Positions 30,099 to 40,340 are shown, numbered from the stretch's first letter. The stretch is 64,000 nt of DNA from an uncultured delta proteobacterium (GCA_963827685.1 CAWHBU010000003.1:928001-992000); one strand, 5' to 3'. The notes: generated by a model not told the origin, from the letters alone. Made by a program: numbers and translations.

Positions 30099-30656
30099 TT
30101 AGAAGAAGAGACTCCAATAGGGACGGCTTAGGATCAGCAGGATTCCGGCAAGGACGATCAGGAGAATCCCCTCCTCGCTGTTTTCGATAAAGCATTTGAA
30201 TTGCCAGGAGATCTTTTCATTCGAATAGGGAGTCCATCGGGGAAGATATTCTGGAACCTTCTCATCATAATCCTCAAATCGACTTCCAAAAATCCTCCTC
30301 AACCGATCTCCTTCTACCTTTTTCTTATAGGGAATGTAATGAAAGCAAAACATAAAGAAGGCCGCTGCCAGAAAATAAATATTGTCCGCCAGGATACAAA
30401 AGCCAGCGGTAATCAAAATCGAACCGATGTAAAGGGGATTCTTGACATAAGCATAAGGGCCTGTCACCGTCAGAACCTCGTTCTTTTGAAGATGCCCTGC
30501 TGCCCAGATACGAATGCCTTCCCCTAAAAAGATCAAAATTATCCCAATCAAGATCCCGGGGAACTCGGGTTTCGCAACGATCACCAATAAGAAAGCTCCG
30601 ATAAAAAGTGGAATCCTTCGGACCTTCCTCTGCCGAGACGTCCTCTTGTTGTCCAT
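30099..30656 (-). CDS. ICMT/PEMT-like membrane methyltransferase
   Basis: GEGIRIWAAG...LTVTGPYAYVKNPLYIGS...FGSRFEDY...VP. Confidence 0.85.
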   Translation of the reverse strand: MDNKRTSRQRKVRRIPLFIGAFLLVIVAKPEFPGILIGIILIFLGEGIRIWAAGHLQKNEVLTVTGPYAYVKNPLYIGSILITAGFCILADNIYFLAAAFFMFCFHYIPYKKKVEGDRLRRIFGSRFEDYDEKVPEYLPRWTPYSNEKISWQFKCFIENSEEGILLIVLAGILLILSRPYWSLFF

Positions 30657-30696
30657 AACATCCTCTCTTCTTTATTAGGCCCGATGGGGAGAAACC

Positions 30697-32349
30697 TCAT
30701 CGGTTGGAAATCACGACAAAATCATCTCCTCCCACTCCGCGTCGAACAATCAACTGGACCTCTGGCCTACCTTCCATAAGCTGAAATTTTGAAAAATCTC
30801 TGGATTTAAGCAGACAGAAAACTCTTTCCGGAGATCTTAAAAAATTCAAAAAGTCCTCTTCCTCGTTAAACACCGGGATGGGAACGATTCCTGTATAAAA
30901 ATTAAAAGGACCCGGTTCAAAATCTCCATAGATGGCTAATTTCTCCCCAGGTTGAATCCGTGAAGTAATCTCCTGACAAATAAACCGGGCTGACTTGTAA
31001 GGGTTCACAAGGGGAAACACCACCCTCAATGTATAGAAGAACCCTCCGGCCATCATCCCAACGATGACGAGAAAAATGATTCCGTGATGTTTGAAGCGAT
31101 ACAAAACAAACAGGGAAAGGCTTCCCCCAACCAAAAGAAAGGTTACGGGAAGGCTATAGGGAAAATAGGCTGGAAACCTTGCCGAAACCACCCCTGGAGC
31201 CGCAACACCCCCCACGAAGGTCAATGCTATTAACCCATAGAGTGGAATAGAAATCCACTCACGCCTGAAACCCTCCATCGATGTAAAAATCACATCCTGC
31301 CAAAACTTCCCCACCATCAGGGAGGCGGCTGGATAGAGAGGCAAAAGGTAAAGGCCCCTTTTCCCTTTCGAAATCGAAAAAAACAAAAAGATGACAGCAA
31401 ACCACATCAAGAGAAAAAGAAACTCCCTCCTTTTTCCAATCACCTCCCTCGAAAAGCCATAAACAAACGCGCCGGGCAGAAAGATGAACCAAGGTAGAAA
31501 TTCAAGGGGAAAGTGGTAGAGATAGTAATAAAAGGGGCGGACATGGGTCCACCCTTTCGCATAAGCATCCACGGTGTGCTTGAAGAGGGTTTCTCGAAGA
31601 TAGACATTCCCTCCCCTGGTTACAGCAGGAAGATACCAAGCGAGAACAACAATCATAAAGAGAAGCATTCCCAGGAGAAGTTTCATCCTCCAGATTCCTC
31701 TCCAGTCCTTTTGGATAATCAAATAGATTAAACTGACTAAAAGAGGGAGGATGAAACCGACCGGTCCCTTGGTTAGAGTACCTAATGCCATACTTATGTA
31801 AAAGCCATAAATGGATAGACCTTTTAGGCTCCTCGGACGAACCCCTTCCTCCCGACCATACCGATACCATTGGAGAAAACAGAATAACGATGCCGTGGTA
31901 AAGAAAGTGAGCGTCACATCGATATTGCCCCGCGTAGAAAGATAGGCAAATTCAAAAACCGTCGCCAGAACGAGTCCCGAGAGAAACCCCGTGCGCGAGG
32001 AATAGAGCTTCTTCCCGATGAAAAAAGTGAGCAGCACGGTCAAGGTCCCGAAGAGGGCAGAAGGGAACCTCACTGAAAATGGGGAGAACCCTTGCCAGAG
32101 GGAGGATGAAACGGCAATGGCCCAGAAAAAGAGAGGGGGCTTATCGGTGTAGAGATGCCCGTTGTGATGCATGAGGATCCAATCTCCCCGATTGACCATC
32201 TCTCTTGAAACATCAGCGTAACGGGGCTCATCAGGGCTCCAGAGATCCCATTGACCCAGGTTGACAAAATAAACGACAAAGCAGAGTCCCAGGAGAAGGG
32301 CGACCTGGCCCCATGGCTGAGGGGCAATTTTTGAAAATCGTTGATCCAT
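30697..32349 (-). CDS. ArnT-family transferase (paralog 2)
   Basis: DLWSPDEPRYA..SREM, DKPPLFFW, RFPSA, TKGPVG, KRGLYLLPLYP. Confidence 0.9.
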   Translation of the reverse strand: MDQRFSKIAPQPWGQVALLLGLCFVVYFVNLGQWDLWSPDEPRYADVSREMVNRGDWILMHHNGHLYTDKPPLFFWAIAVSSSLWQGFSPFSVRFPSALFGTLTVLLTFFIGKKLYSSRTGFLSGLVLATVFEFAYLSTRGNIDVTLTFFTTASLFCFLQWYRYGREEGVRPRSLKGLSIYGFYISMALGTLTKGPVGFILPLLVSLIYLIIQKDWRGIWRMKLLLGMLLFMIVVLAWYLPAVTRGGNVYLRETLFKHTVDAYAKGWTHVRPFYYYLYHFPLEFLPWFIFLPGAFVYGFSREVIGKRREFLFLLMWFAVIFLFFSISKGKRGLYLLPLYPAASLMVGKFWQDVIFTSMEGFRREWISIPLYGLIALTFVGGVAAPGVVSARFPAYFPYSLPVTFLLVGGSLSLFVLYRFKHHGIIFLVIVGMMAGGFFYTLRVVFPLVNPYKSARFICQEITSRIQPGEKLAIYGDFEPGPFNFYTGIVPIPVFNEEEDFLNFLRSPERVFCLLKSRDFSKFQLMEGRPEVQLIVRRGVGGDDFVVISNR

Positions 32350-32354
32350 TCTAT

Positions 32355-33977
32355 TTATCCCAAACTTTCCGTGACCACCCCCTGGTGGGAAACGTAGACC
32401 AACCCTCTTCGACAACTTTCATCTATCAATCCTTGGAGAAAAGACTTCTCGTCCTTTATGATGGGATTGAGACGGAGGTATTCTCGAAAAAATCTGAAGC
32501 GATCCACCTTTGTCATGACGTTAGGGGTGGAGGTGTTGAGCTGGAGAAAATTCCTAAACAACTTTTTTTGATTCACCTTCTCACCCATTCTGATGTCCTC
32601 AAAATCGAGGAGATGAAAATCCCATGTCTCCCCTTTTTCTGAGACAAGGATATTACACGTTTTCATATCCTTATGGTATACATTCATTTTATGAAGGCCG
32701 TCAAGCCAGCGGGCAAAGGTCTTAACAAAAAACCTCTTTCTATTTAACCCTTCAAACCCTTCCAAAATATATCGATCCATCTCCTGATCTTCTGCCGGAG
32801 CCTCCATAAATAGAAAACTCTCCCTCAATCCGATCCAGTCTTTCTTCTCCACCAAAGCAAGGGGCTTAAGAGACGGAACACCTCTCGCTCGCATGCCATT
32901 GGCCGCTATCCACGCCTTGAGCCCTTTTGAACGACGGAAATGTTCCTTCACCCGCCCCCAGAAATGAGGGTAACAGAACTGTTTTATACCTATCCTTTCT
33001 CCTCCGTTATTCAAAATAGAAACGATCACCTCTGGGGAATATTTTACCAGCGAAGAAGATCTCTCTCTCACCAGTGCCCGGTGTTCTTCCATCACTCTTT
33101 TCAAACGATCCAAGGGGAAATCCCTTCGATGGAAATAACAGATCCCCTTCTCCTTTTGAACTCTGAATTCGGTGCTTTCCTTCAGACACCGTTTCGTTCT
33201 GCTTCGCCATTGCCTTTTTCGAAGACGGTCCATCGTGGGATAAATCCTCTGAAATAAAATCTCTCTTTTCTTAGACCCATCGGACATCCCCTCGAAATAT
33301 CGATCCAGGAATTGGAGTTGTTCTCTTTCTCCCCACGTCGTTCTTAAAGAATGGAAGAGGTGTGCAAAATTCCATAACCTCCGATTCAGGGAGAGGAACT
33401 CCACGATCTTGGTGCGATGTAAATCCGTGAGAAATAAAAAGTCGCCATCCCATAAAAAGTTTCCCCCGTGAAGATCGCGATGGAATAATCCTGCATCTTG
33501 AAACTTCCTCACGGTCATCGCTAATTCAATAATCGAATGAGGCTCTTTTGATTTCGCGACCTCGTCGATGAATGAAACCCCTGTTCCAATTGCCTCTGAG
33601 AGGTAATAGCTTTCCCTGACCAAACCTCTCCGGACCCTCTCCATCCAGCCCAAGGGTTTAGGGATGTTGAGGTTTCTCCTCTCTAACTGGGAGGCGATGA
33701 AAAATTCTTTCTGCCCCTTGGCGGGGGAAAAAAGATATTTTAGATATTCCATCCAGCCCTTTGCCTTATCCCTTTTTAAAAAAATCCTCATACCATTCGG
33801 AAGACAGAAAATAACCGCCCACCTCCAGGTCGATTCCTTGATTACCTTCCCTCCCATTTCCCGAATAGAAGAGATGGGGTTGTCAAAAAAAGCGACGGGA
33901 AGACTATCCAACACCTCCCCTCTCACCCAACCCTTCATCTCACCTTTAGATATTCTTTTAAGAATCGGAGTCTCCAT
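32355..33977 (-). CDS. Tandem two-domain Kdo/WaaP-type LPS kinase
   Basis: Domain 1 HRDLHGGNFL...LTDLH; domain 2 HKDMKTCNIL...LLDFE. Confidence 0.85.
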   Translation of the reverse strand: METPILKRISKGEMKGWVRGEVLDSLPVAFFDNPISSIREMGGKVIKESTWRWAVIFCLPNGMRIFLKRDKAKGWMEYLKYLFSPAKGQKEFFIASQLERRNLNIPKPLGWMERVRRGLVRESYYLSEAIGTGVSFIDEVAKSKEPHSIIELAMTVRKFQDAGLFHRDLHGGNFLWDGDFLFLTDLHRTKIVEFLSLNRRLWNFAHLFHSLRTTWGEREQLQFLDRYFEGMSDGSKKREILFQRIYPTMDRLRKRQWRSRTKRCLKESTEFRVQKEKGICYFHRRDFPLDRLKRVMEEHRALVRERSSSLVKYSPEVIVSILNNGGERIGIKQFCYPHFWGRVKEHFRRSKGLKAWIAANGMRARGVPSLKPLALVEKKDWIGLRESFLFMEAPAEDQEMDRYILEGFEGLNRKRFFVKTFARWLDGLHKMNVYHKDMKTCNILVSEKGETWDFHLLDFEDIRMGEKVNQKKLFRNFLQLNTSTPNVMTKVDRFRFFREYLRLNPIIKDEKSFLQGLIDESCRRGLVYVSHQGVVTESLG

Positions 33978-34173
33978 TTTCAAACAGGTACAAGCTACTC
34001 AATGTTGCTTAGAAAATAAACCGATTGCCCCCTCTCCCCTGGCGGGAGAGGGCGGGGGTGAGGGGGATCATACCAGGTCCACCCCCACCTTAATCCTCCC
34101 CCATCAAGGGGGAGGATAATACTTGGCAGTTTTCATGGTTCGAGGGTGACGAACCCATCATGAGAGATTGCCT

Positions 34174-35337
34174 TCACTTCCGCTTTCCCATCTTGATCAT
34201 CTTCTGATAAAATCCTTCAACGGCCTCCACCTGTCGATCCAACTGGAAATCCTGATGGGCCTTCTGATAAGCCGCCTTTCCCAAGGCCTCTCTCATTGCT
34301 GGATCATGAAGCAGTCGAAGAGCCGCATGGGCCAAGTCTTCCGGGGTATCGTTCACCACCAGACCCGAAATGCCGTCTTCCACCAACTCTGGGAGCATCC
34401 CCCGGTTGGCCACGATGACCGGTTTGCTCATGGCCATGGCCTCTCTCAAGGCTCTGGCTGTTCCATCAGAACCTGCCATTAAGAAGACGAAGATATCCAT
34501 GCAGGCTAAGGTGTCGAGGTAGTCATTTGTCCGATACCCTGCAAGAACGACCCACTTTTCAACGCCGAGCTGTTTCATGGGTTGGATGACGCTCTGCTCC
34601 ATCTGACTTGACCGGCCAACCAAGAGAACCTTTGCGTTTGGAAATTCTCCGGCAATCTTTTTCACCGCCTCCAAAAAGATTGCCGTCCTTCTGTATTTTT
34701 GAAATCGGGCGATCATCCCGATCACGATATCCTCCGATCCGATTCCAAAAAGAGTCCTCATCTCCTTAAATTTCCTCTTTGGGTCATACCGATTGAGATC
34801 CAGGGCCGGCGAGATCTTCTGGACCCTCTCAAGAGGGAGCCCGAAATGTTCTGCGTCCTCTCTTCGCGCTCTTTCAGAAAAAGTGATCATGCCGTCCGTG
34901 AACTGAGAGATGAGAAAGCGATTCCCCAAACTGGGCTTCAAAGGGTCTCGCTTATGGTCCGTGCGAATGACGATGACAGGATGGCCTGACCTCCTCGCAG
35001 CAATTCCGCCTAAGAGATGGCCATGGGAGTGGTGGACATTGAGAATATCGAACTTTTCCTGACGAAGATAGTGGGTGAGGTCTGAAATGTCACGCAGATG
35101 CGTCGGCAGAAAAGAGGGATGATAAACCTTCACCGAATGGTCCAGTTGAAATCGATCCGTGGCTTTCACTCCTGCCTGGAGAACCCTTTTCTCAATACTA
35201 TCCTCGACCGGAAGAGGGGGTTTCCGATAGGCAAAAGTGACCTCATGCCCCCGCTTTTCCAATCCCTTACAGAGGTTCACGGTCGGATCAGCAGGGCCTG
35301 TCCACTTCCAGTTGCTGAAAAGATGGAGGATCTTCAT
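34174..35337 (-). CDS. GT4-family glycosyltransferase
   Basis: WTGPAD, IGMIARFQKYRR, REAMAMSKPVI, GMLPELV. Confidence 0.9.
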   Translation of the reverse strand: MKILHLFSNWKWTGPADPTVNLCKGLEKRGHEVTFAYRKPPLPVEDSIEKRVLQAGVKATDRFQLDHSVKVYHPSFLPTHLRDISDLTHYLRQEKFDILNVHHSHGHLLGGIAARRSGHPVIVIRTDHKRDPLKPSLGNRFLISQFTDGMITFSERARREDAEHFGLPLERVQKISPALDLNRYDPKRKFKEMRTLFGIGSEDIVIGMIARFQKYRRTAIFLEAVKKIAGEFPNAKVLLVGRSSQMEQSVIQPMKQLGVEKWVVLAGYRTNDYLDTLACMDIFVFLMAGSDGTARALREAMAMSKPVIVANRGMLPELVEDGISGLVVNDTPEDLAHAALRLLHDPAMREALGKAAYQKAHQDFQLDRQVEAVEGFYQKMIKMGKRK

Positions 35338-35383
35338 TCGATTTACAGCCCACCCAAGTATTCACGTTGTCGAAAGCCTGGGG

Positions 35384-36601
35384 CTAAAGGAAGAAGTTAT
35401 CATTTTCAACTTTCTCGAGGTCATGGACGTCTTCTTTGGAATGGATGAACTCTTCCAACCACCAGTCGGTGCGATTATAAAAACATCCGACATCCTTGCA
35501 TTCCTTTTCGGCGTCAAAGGTCCTGATCGATTGGGCTGCCCTTTTGAGACTTTCTTTGAATTTTGTTTCCGAGAGGTATCCATCCGGCTCTCCGATTCTG
35601 GCTTCTTCCACGCCTCGAAACGCCGGACAGTGAAAGATTCCGAACGGCGTCACCACGGTTCTGAAAAATTGCATGTGGCATCTCTTGGGCTGTCTCTTGA
35701 TTTGGTCGGTTTCCCGATTCAACATGGCCCTCAGGTTGGAGCTTTCAAGAATCTTGACTTGATCCCCTGCAACATGCCTTGCTTCTTGAAGATGGATTTT
35801 GATTTGATCGATAATCTCTTCTTCTTTCGTTTTCCCAACGTTTTTCAGCAACGTCTCTCTCTGCGACTCATTCCATCGGACCAGACAGGGTTTAAATGAA
35901 ACATAATCAAACGAGAACTCCCTGGCCAATTCCACCGATCTTGTCATCTCATCCAGATTAGCACGGAGTCTCTTTCCGTTAATCTCCACGCCTTCCCAGA
36001 CGATCACAAACGAATATCCCAGCGAAACAACGGGATTCTTTTTCTTCATCCTTTTTGCTTTTTCCAATATCCGACCCAGCGTCACCTGCGTTTTGGGCAG
36101 GTGCAACGCTTGAAAGACCCCTTCCCCTGCCGCGTCAATCGAAATCCTGATCCAATCTTTCTCTTTGAGTTCTCCGACGACCGCTTCAATCTTTTCAAGT
36201 CTCGAACCGTTGGTCACGATTCCAATCTGCAATCTTTTGCTTTTGATATAACGGACGATCTCTCCAAAATCTTTATGAAGCGTGGGCTCTCCCCCTCCGA
36301 TCAAGATGACCGAGAGCAAACCATGCGAATGGAGTGTGTGGATTGTCTTCTTAACTTCCTCCAGGGTCAGGGTTTTTCCGGCATTGATCAGCTTCGAATC
36401 GACACAAAAAGGGCATGAGAAATTGCAGGCAGAGGTCAGATCTAAATTGATGGAGATCGGGCTGAAAATCGGTAGTCCTTGGTCCCGCGTATCGACGCCG
36501 CACCCTCTCCGCCATTGAATATAGTCTTTCAGCCTTTGAAGCGTGGCATCCTGTCTCAATTTGGAGCTAAAGTCATGCTCTCTTTCTACGAGCTTTTCCA
36601 T
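35384..36601 (-). CDS. Radical SAM enzyme with a twitch-like auxiliary Cys cluster
   Basis: CNFSCPFC, GGGEPTLH, C-terminal C...C...CKDVGC. Confidence 0.85.
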   Translation of the reverse strand: MEKLVEREHDFSSKLRQDATLQRLKDYIQWRRGCGVDTRDQGLPIFSPISINLDLTSACNFSCPFCVDSKLINAGKTLTLEEVKKTIHTLHSHGLLSVILIGGGEPTLHKDFGEIVRYIKSKRLQIGIVTNGSRLEKIEAVVGELKEKDWIRISIDAAGEGVFQALHLPKTQVTLGRILEKAKRMKKKNPVVSLGYSFVIVWEGVEINGKRLRANLDEMTRSVELAREFSFDYVSFKPCLVRWNESQRETLLKNVGKTKEEEIIDQIKIHLQEARHVAGDQVKILESSNLRAMLNRETDQIKRQPKRCHMQFFRTVVTPFGIFHCPAFRGVEEARIGEPDGYLSETKFKESLKRAAQSIRTFDAEKECKDVGCFYNRTDWWLEEFIHSKEDVHDLEKVENDNFFL

Positions 36602-37548
36602 GATGCTCTCTTTTCAAATTCACTAAAGCCGTCATCAATCTCTTTCAGCAGGGACATATTATGGAGAATATGGGGAGCCCCGATGAAGGGCTCGGTCTTC
36701 TTTTCAAGGGCTCCCATAAAATTTTTGACGGAGAGTTCAAGGGGGTCGACAATCCTCAATTTTTTATTCCCGTAATGAAAATAGATTTCATAATTTTTTG
36801 GATCCAGGCTTCGAGAAACAATCTTGTCATTAAATCCATAAGAAAACTCACGGGGTTGAGTCTTTTGGTGTACTAACCTTATTAACACATCACAGGCGCG
36901 GGTTCCAAACAGATAGATAAATCGGATGCGCATCTCGTCTTCCCCCTCCGATTCAAAACTCAAATTTTGTATCTCTCCGGAACCCAATCGGCAATAGAGG
37001 ATACTTAAAGGATGAGGAACGGATTCGGGAATCATCACTCTCCCGGGAGAAAAAGGCGACATCCGCATAGAAAAATGGTTGGTTTCCTGAATCCTGATCT
37101 TTCCGCAGATTTCCTCATAATCGTCGATGGAGAAAGGCCATTGAGAATTCATGGCAATCGTTAGTCTTCTTTCTCGGGCCTTCACAAAAATATCTTCAGC
37201 CTTTTTTTGAATATCCGTGTGATCGCCCCAGAGGAAGGGCTTTTCGCAGAAAATATGGAGTCCCGAGTCCAAACTTTTTAACAGATATTCATAATGGGTT
37301 GAAGAAGGGGAAGCAATCACCACTGCATCAGGCTTTTCGCCTCTCACCATTTCATCGAAGGTGGTATAGGGATGGGCTTCTATCCCATATTTCCGAAGAG
37401 CAGAAGAGGCCTGGAGGCTTGTTTTTTCCGTCGTCCCCAGCACAGAGGTTACCCTCGCTCCATGCTTATGGAAATACTTTCCTATGTACCCGCCGATACC
37501 ATTTCTCGTTCTCCCCGCACCGACAAGGGATACGTTCAATCGAATCAA
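36586..37548 (-). CDS. Gfo/Idh/MocA-family oxidoreductase
   Basis: DAVVIASP...H, HIFCEKP. Confidence 0.8.
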   Translation of the reverse strand: MIRLNVSLVGAGRTRNGIGGYIGKYFHKHGARVTSVLGTTEKTSLQASSALRKYGIEAHPYTTFDEMVRGEKPDAVVIASPSSTHYEYLLKSLDSGLHIFCEKPFLWGDHTDIQKKAEDIFVKARERRLTIAMNSQWPFSIDDYEEICGKIRIQETNHFSMRMSPFSPGRVMIPESVPHPLSILYCRLGSGEIQNLSFESEGEDEMRIRFIYLFGTRACDVLIRLVHQKTQPREFSYGFNDKIVSRSLDPKNYEIYFHYGNKKLRIVDPLELSVKNFMGALEKKTEPFIGAPHILHNMSLLKEIDDGFSEFEKRASWKSS

Positions 37549-37751
37549 AGGCCCTCACACCTCCTGTGTTCAGCCAAAAATTATTCGTATTTTAACACAG
37601 TTAATGCTGCGGGTAAAATATCATTGGCGGGACGTAAGCATCTTTTTCCCCCGTGACAACCATGAAACGGCCCCCTCCCCTCTCCCCTTGCCTGCCTGCC
37701 GGTAGGCAGGGGGAGAAGGATAGGGTGAGGGGTAGATTGTTCTCTATAACG

Positions 37752-39422
37752 TTACCGATTGGAAATCAAAACCACATCATCTTTTCTCACTCGGCGCCGT
37801 GCGATCAATTGGACCTTCGGTTCCCCTCCCCTGCCGAACAATTGAGAAAAATCACTGAATTGGAGAAGGCAGAATACTCTTTCTGAGGATCTCATAAAAT
37901 CAAGAAGAGCCTCTCTATTGTAAAATGTCATAATGGGCACGACCCCCGTAAAATAATTATAAGGATCATTTCCAATCCCCCCATAAATCGCTAATTTGTC
38001 ACCCGGTTGAATGCGCGATGTAATTTCTTCAGAAAGGAAACGAGCCGACATCTGCGGATTGGCAAGAGGGAAAATAACCCTAAACGTGTAAAAATATCCT
38101 GCCACCATCATTCCAATGAGGAGGAACAGGATCGCTCTATAATTCTTTAAGCGGCAGAAGACCAACATGGCCAGGCTGCACCCGACTAAGAGGAGAGCGA
38201 TAGGAAAACTATAAACCAGGTAAGGGGACAATTTTATTGAGACCACCCATGGAGCAGCAGCCCCCGCTATCAAACCAAACCCAATCAATCCATAGAGAGG
38301 AGCGAAAATCCATCCGCGCTTAAACTGATCCAATGGGCCCGAGATGAAATCACTCCAGAACTTCCCGACCATGAGCGAAGCAGCCGGATAAAGAGGTAAG
38401 AGGTAAAGGGCCCTTTTTGATTTGGATAGGGAAAAAAATGCGAAGATGACGAGACACCATACTGAAAGAAAAAGGAACCCTCTTCTCTTTCCGATCATCG
38501 TTTTGGAACAGCCGTAAACAATAGCCGCGGGCAAAAAGAGGGTCCAGGGCATAAAGCTCATTGGGAAACTATAGAGATAGTAATAGATAGGGCTGGGATG
38601 AGTCCATCCTGTCGAATAAGCCTCGGTAGTATGCTTAAAAAGATTTTCCTCGAGGTAGGCCTTCCCACCCAGAGATACGGCGGGAAGATACCACGCCAGG
38701 ACAATGGCGAGAAATAAAGAAATTCCAGGAAGCAGTTTCATCCGTTTCATTTCTCTATAATCTTTTTGAATTAAAAGATAGAGGAAGCTTGCCAAAAGCG
38801 GCAGGACCAATCCAATCGGCCCTTTGGCTAAGGTGGCCAAGGCCATGCTGACATAAAATCCAAAAATGAAAAGGTTCCGGATACTCCGCTTGTGATGGAT
38901 TCCCTCCTCCTTACCCTCTTGATACCAGAGAAAGAAACAGAGAAACGAAGCGGTGGTGAAAAAGGCCAGCGTGACATCAATATTGGCACGATTGGAGAGG
39001 TAGACGAAATGAAGGCTTGTCGCCAGGATGAGGCCGGAGAAGAATCCCGTTCGGGATGAATAAAGTCTTTCACCCAGGAAGAAAGTGAGGAGAACGGTGA
39101 GTGTCCCGAACAGGGCTGAGGGAAATCTCACGGAAAAGGCAGTGAAGCCTCGCCATAAATAGGAGGAAAGAGCAATCAGCCAGAAAAAGAGGGGAGGCTT
39201 GTCTCCATAGACGCCTCCGTTAAAATGCATGAGAATCCAATCGCCCCGGTCTACCATCTCCCTGGCGATTTGTGCATAACGGGGCTCATCCGGATTCCAG
39301 AGATCCCATCGGCCCAGATTAAAAAAGTAAAGGATGAAACAGATCCCGATCAGAAAAGTAATTTGAACCCATTTGGGAGGATGATTGATGCAGGATGGGT
39401 GTCTCGTGGGATGAAGATCCTT
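37752..39422 (-). CDS. ArnT-family transferase (paralog 3); homologous N-terminus lacks a canonical start codon
   Basis: Frame open to 39422 encoding NLGRWDLWNPDEPRYAQIAREM; first in-frame ATG only at 39257. Confidence 0.75.
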   Translation of the reverse strand, partial: KDLHPTRHPSCINHPPKWVQITFLIGICFILYFFNLGRWDLWNPDEPRYAQIAREMVDRGDWILMHFNGGVYGDKPPLFFWLIALSSYLWRGFTAFSVRFPSALFGTLTVLLTFFLGERLYSSRTGFFSGLILATSLHFVYLSNRANIDVTLAFFTTASFLCFFLWYQEGKEEGIHHKRSIRNLFIFGFYVSMALATLAKGPIGLVLPLLASFLYLLIQKDYREMKRMKLLPGISLFLAIVLAWYLPAVSLGGKAYLEENLFKHTTEAYSTGWTHPSPIYYYLYSFPMSFMPWTLFLPAAIVYGCSKTMIGKRRGFLFLSVWCLVIFAFFSLSKSKRALYLLPLYPAASLMVGKFWSDFISGPLDQFKRGWIFAPLYGLIGFGLIAGAAAPWVVSIKLSPYLVYSFPIALLLVGCSLAMLVFCRLKNYRAILFLLIGMMVAGYFYTFRVIFPLANPQMSARFLSEEITSRIQPGDKLAIYGGIGNDPYNYFTGVVPIMTFYNREALLDFMRSSERVFCLLQFSDFSQLFGRGGEPKVQLIARRRVRKDDVVLISNR

Positions 39423-39593
39423 TCTTTATTTTAAGTAACCAATGCCTGACAATCCGATTCGAATCCAGCGCAATATCTTCCTTTTCAATGGTTCGAGTGA
39501 GAAGTTTCCGGATCGGTTTTTTTCTCATTATAAATCAAGGTTAGGGTCCGAAGGCAGACAGTAGGGTTGACAAGAATTGAAAGACATTTCATC

Positions 39594-40331
39594 TCAGATC
39601 CTTTCCTCGATTTCATAATGGATATGGCGACTCTTCATCCACTTCACCGCCAGGAGATCGATGAAGGCACGCCACATCCGATTCCAGGTGGTATATTTCG
39701 AAACCCCAAACTTCCTGGGGTGGTGGGCAATGGGTATTTCAATCACCCGGTAACCCTCCATCTTCACCAGGGTGGGGATGAAGCGGTGCATCCCTTTGTA
39801 AAGTTTTAGATTCTGGAGACATTCCCTCTTATAAGCTCGGAAGGTACAACCGCTGTCCTGAATCTCCTCTCCGCTCAAGCTGTTCCTGACTCTATTGGCG
39901 ATCCTTGATGTGATCCGCTTGACCCAAGAATCTTCTCGCTTCTGACGCCATCCACTGACCACGTCATAATCTTTTAGATATTCCAACATCCTTGGGATAT
40001 CCTTGGGGTCATTCTGAAGATCAGCATCGATGGTGATGACAATTTCTCCTCGCGCCTCTTTGAGCCCCGCGGCACCTGCGGCCGTCTCCCCGCAGTTCTT
40101 CTTAAATCCAAGGATTCGTATTTGAGGATATTGGGGAGCCATCTCTTTTAGGAGACGACGGCTATGATCTTTACTGCCGTCATCGACGAAGATCATCTCA
40201 TAGGTTTTCCCTAAGGGTCTCAGTACCTCTGCAATCTGAGGAATCAAAACCGGAAGGTTCTCCTCTTCATTGTAGACCGGCACGACCACAGAAATATCAA
40301 CCTTAGGATTCTCTCTCAAAAGACGATCCAT
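39594..40331 (-). CDS. GT2 polyprenyl-phosphate glycosyltransferase
   Basis: VVPVYNEE, DDGS, DADLQNDP, DSGC, GMHRFIP. Confidence 0.9.
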   Translation of the reverse strand: MDRLLRENPKVDISVVVPVYNEEENLPVLIPQIAEVLRPLGKTYEMIFVDDGSKDHSRRLLKEMAPQYPQIRILGFKKNCGETAAGAAGLKEARGEIVITIDADLQNDPKDIPRMLEYLKDYDVVSGWRQKREDSWVKRITSRIANRVRNSLSGEEIQDSGCTFRAYKRECLQNLKLYKGMHRFIPTLVKMEGYRVIEIPIAHHPRKFGVSKYTTWNRMWRAFIDLLAVKWMKSRHIHYEIEERI

Positions 40332-40340
40332 ATTCCACCC

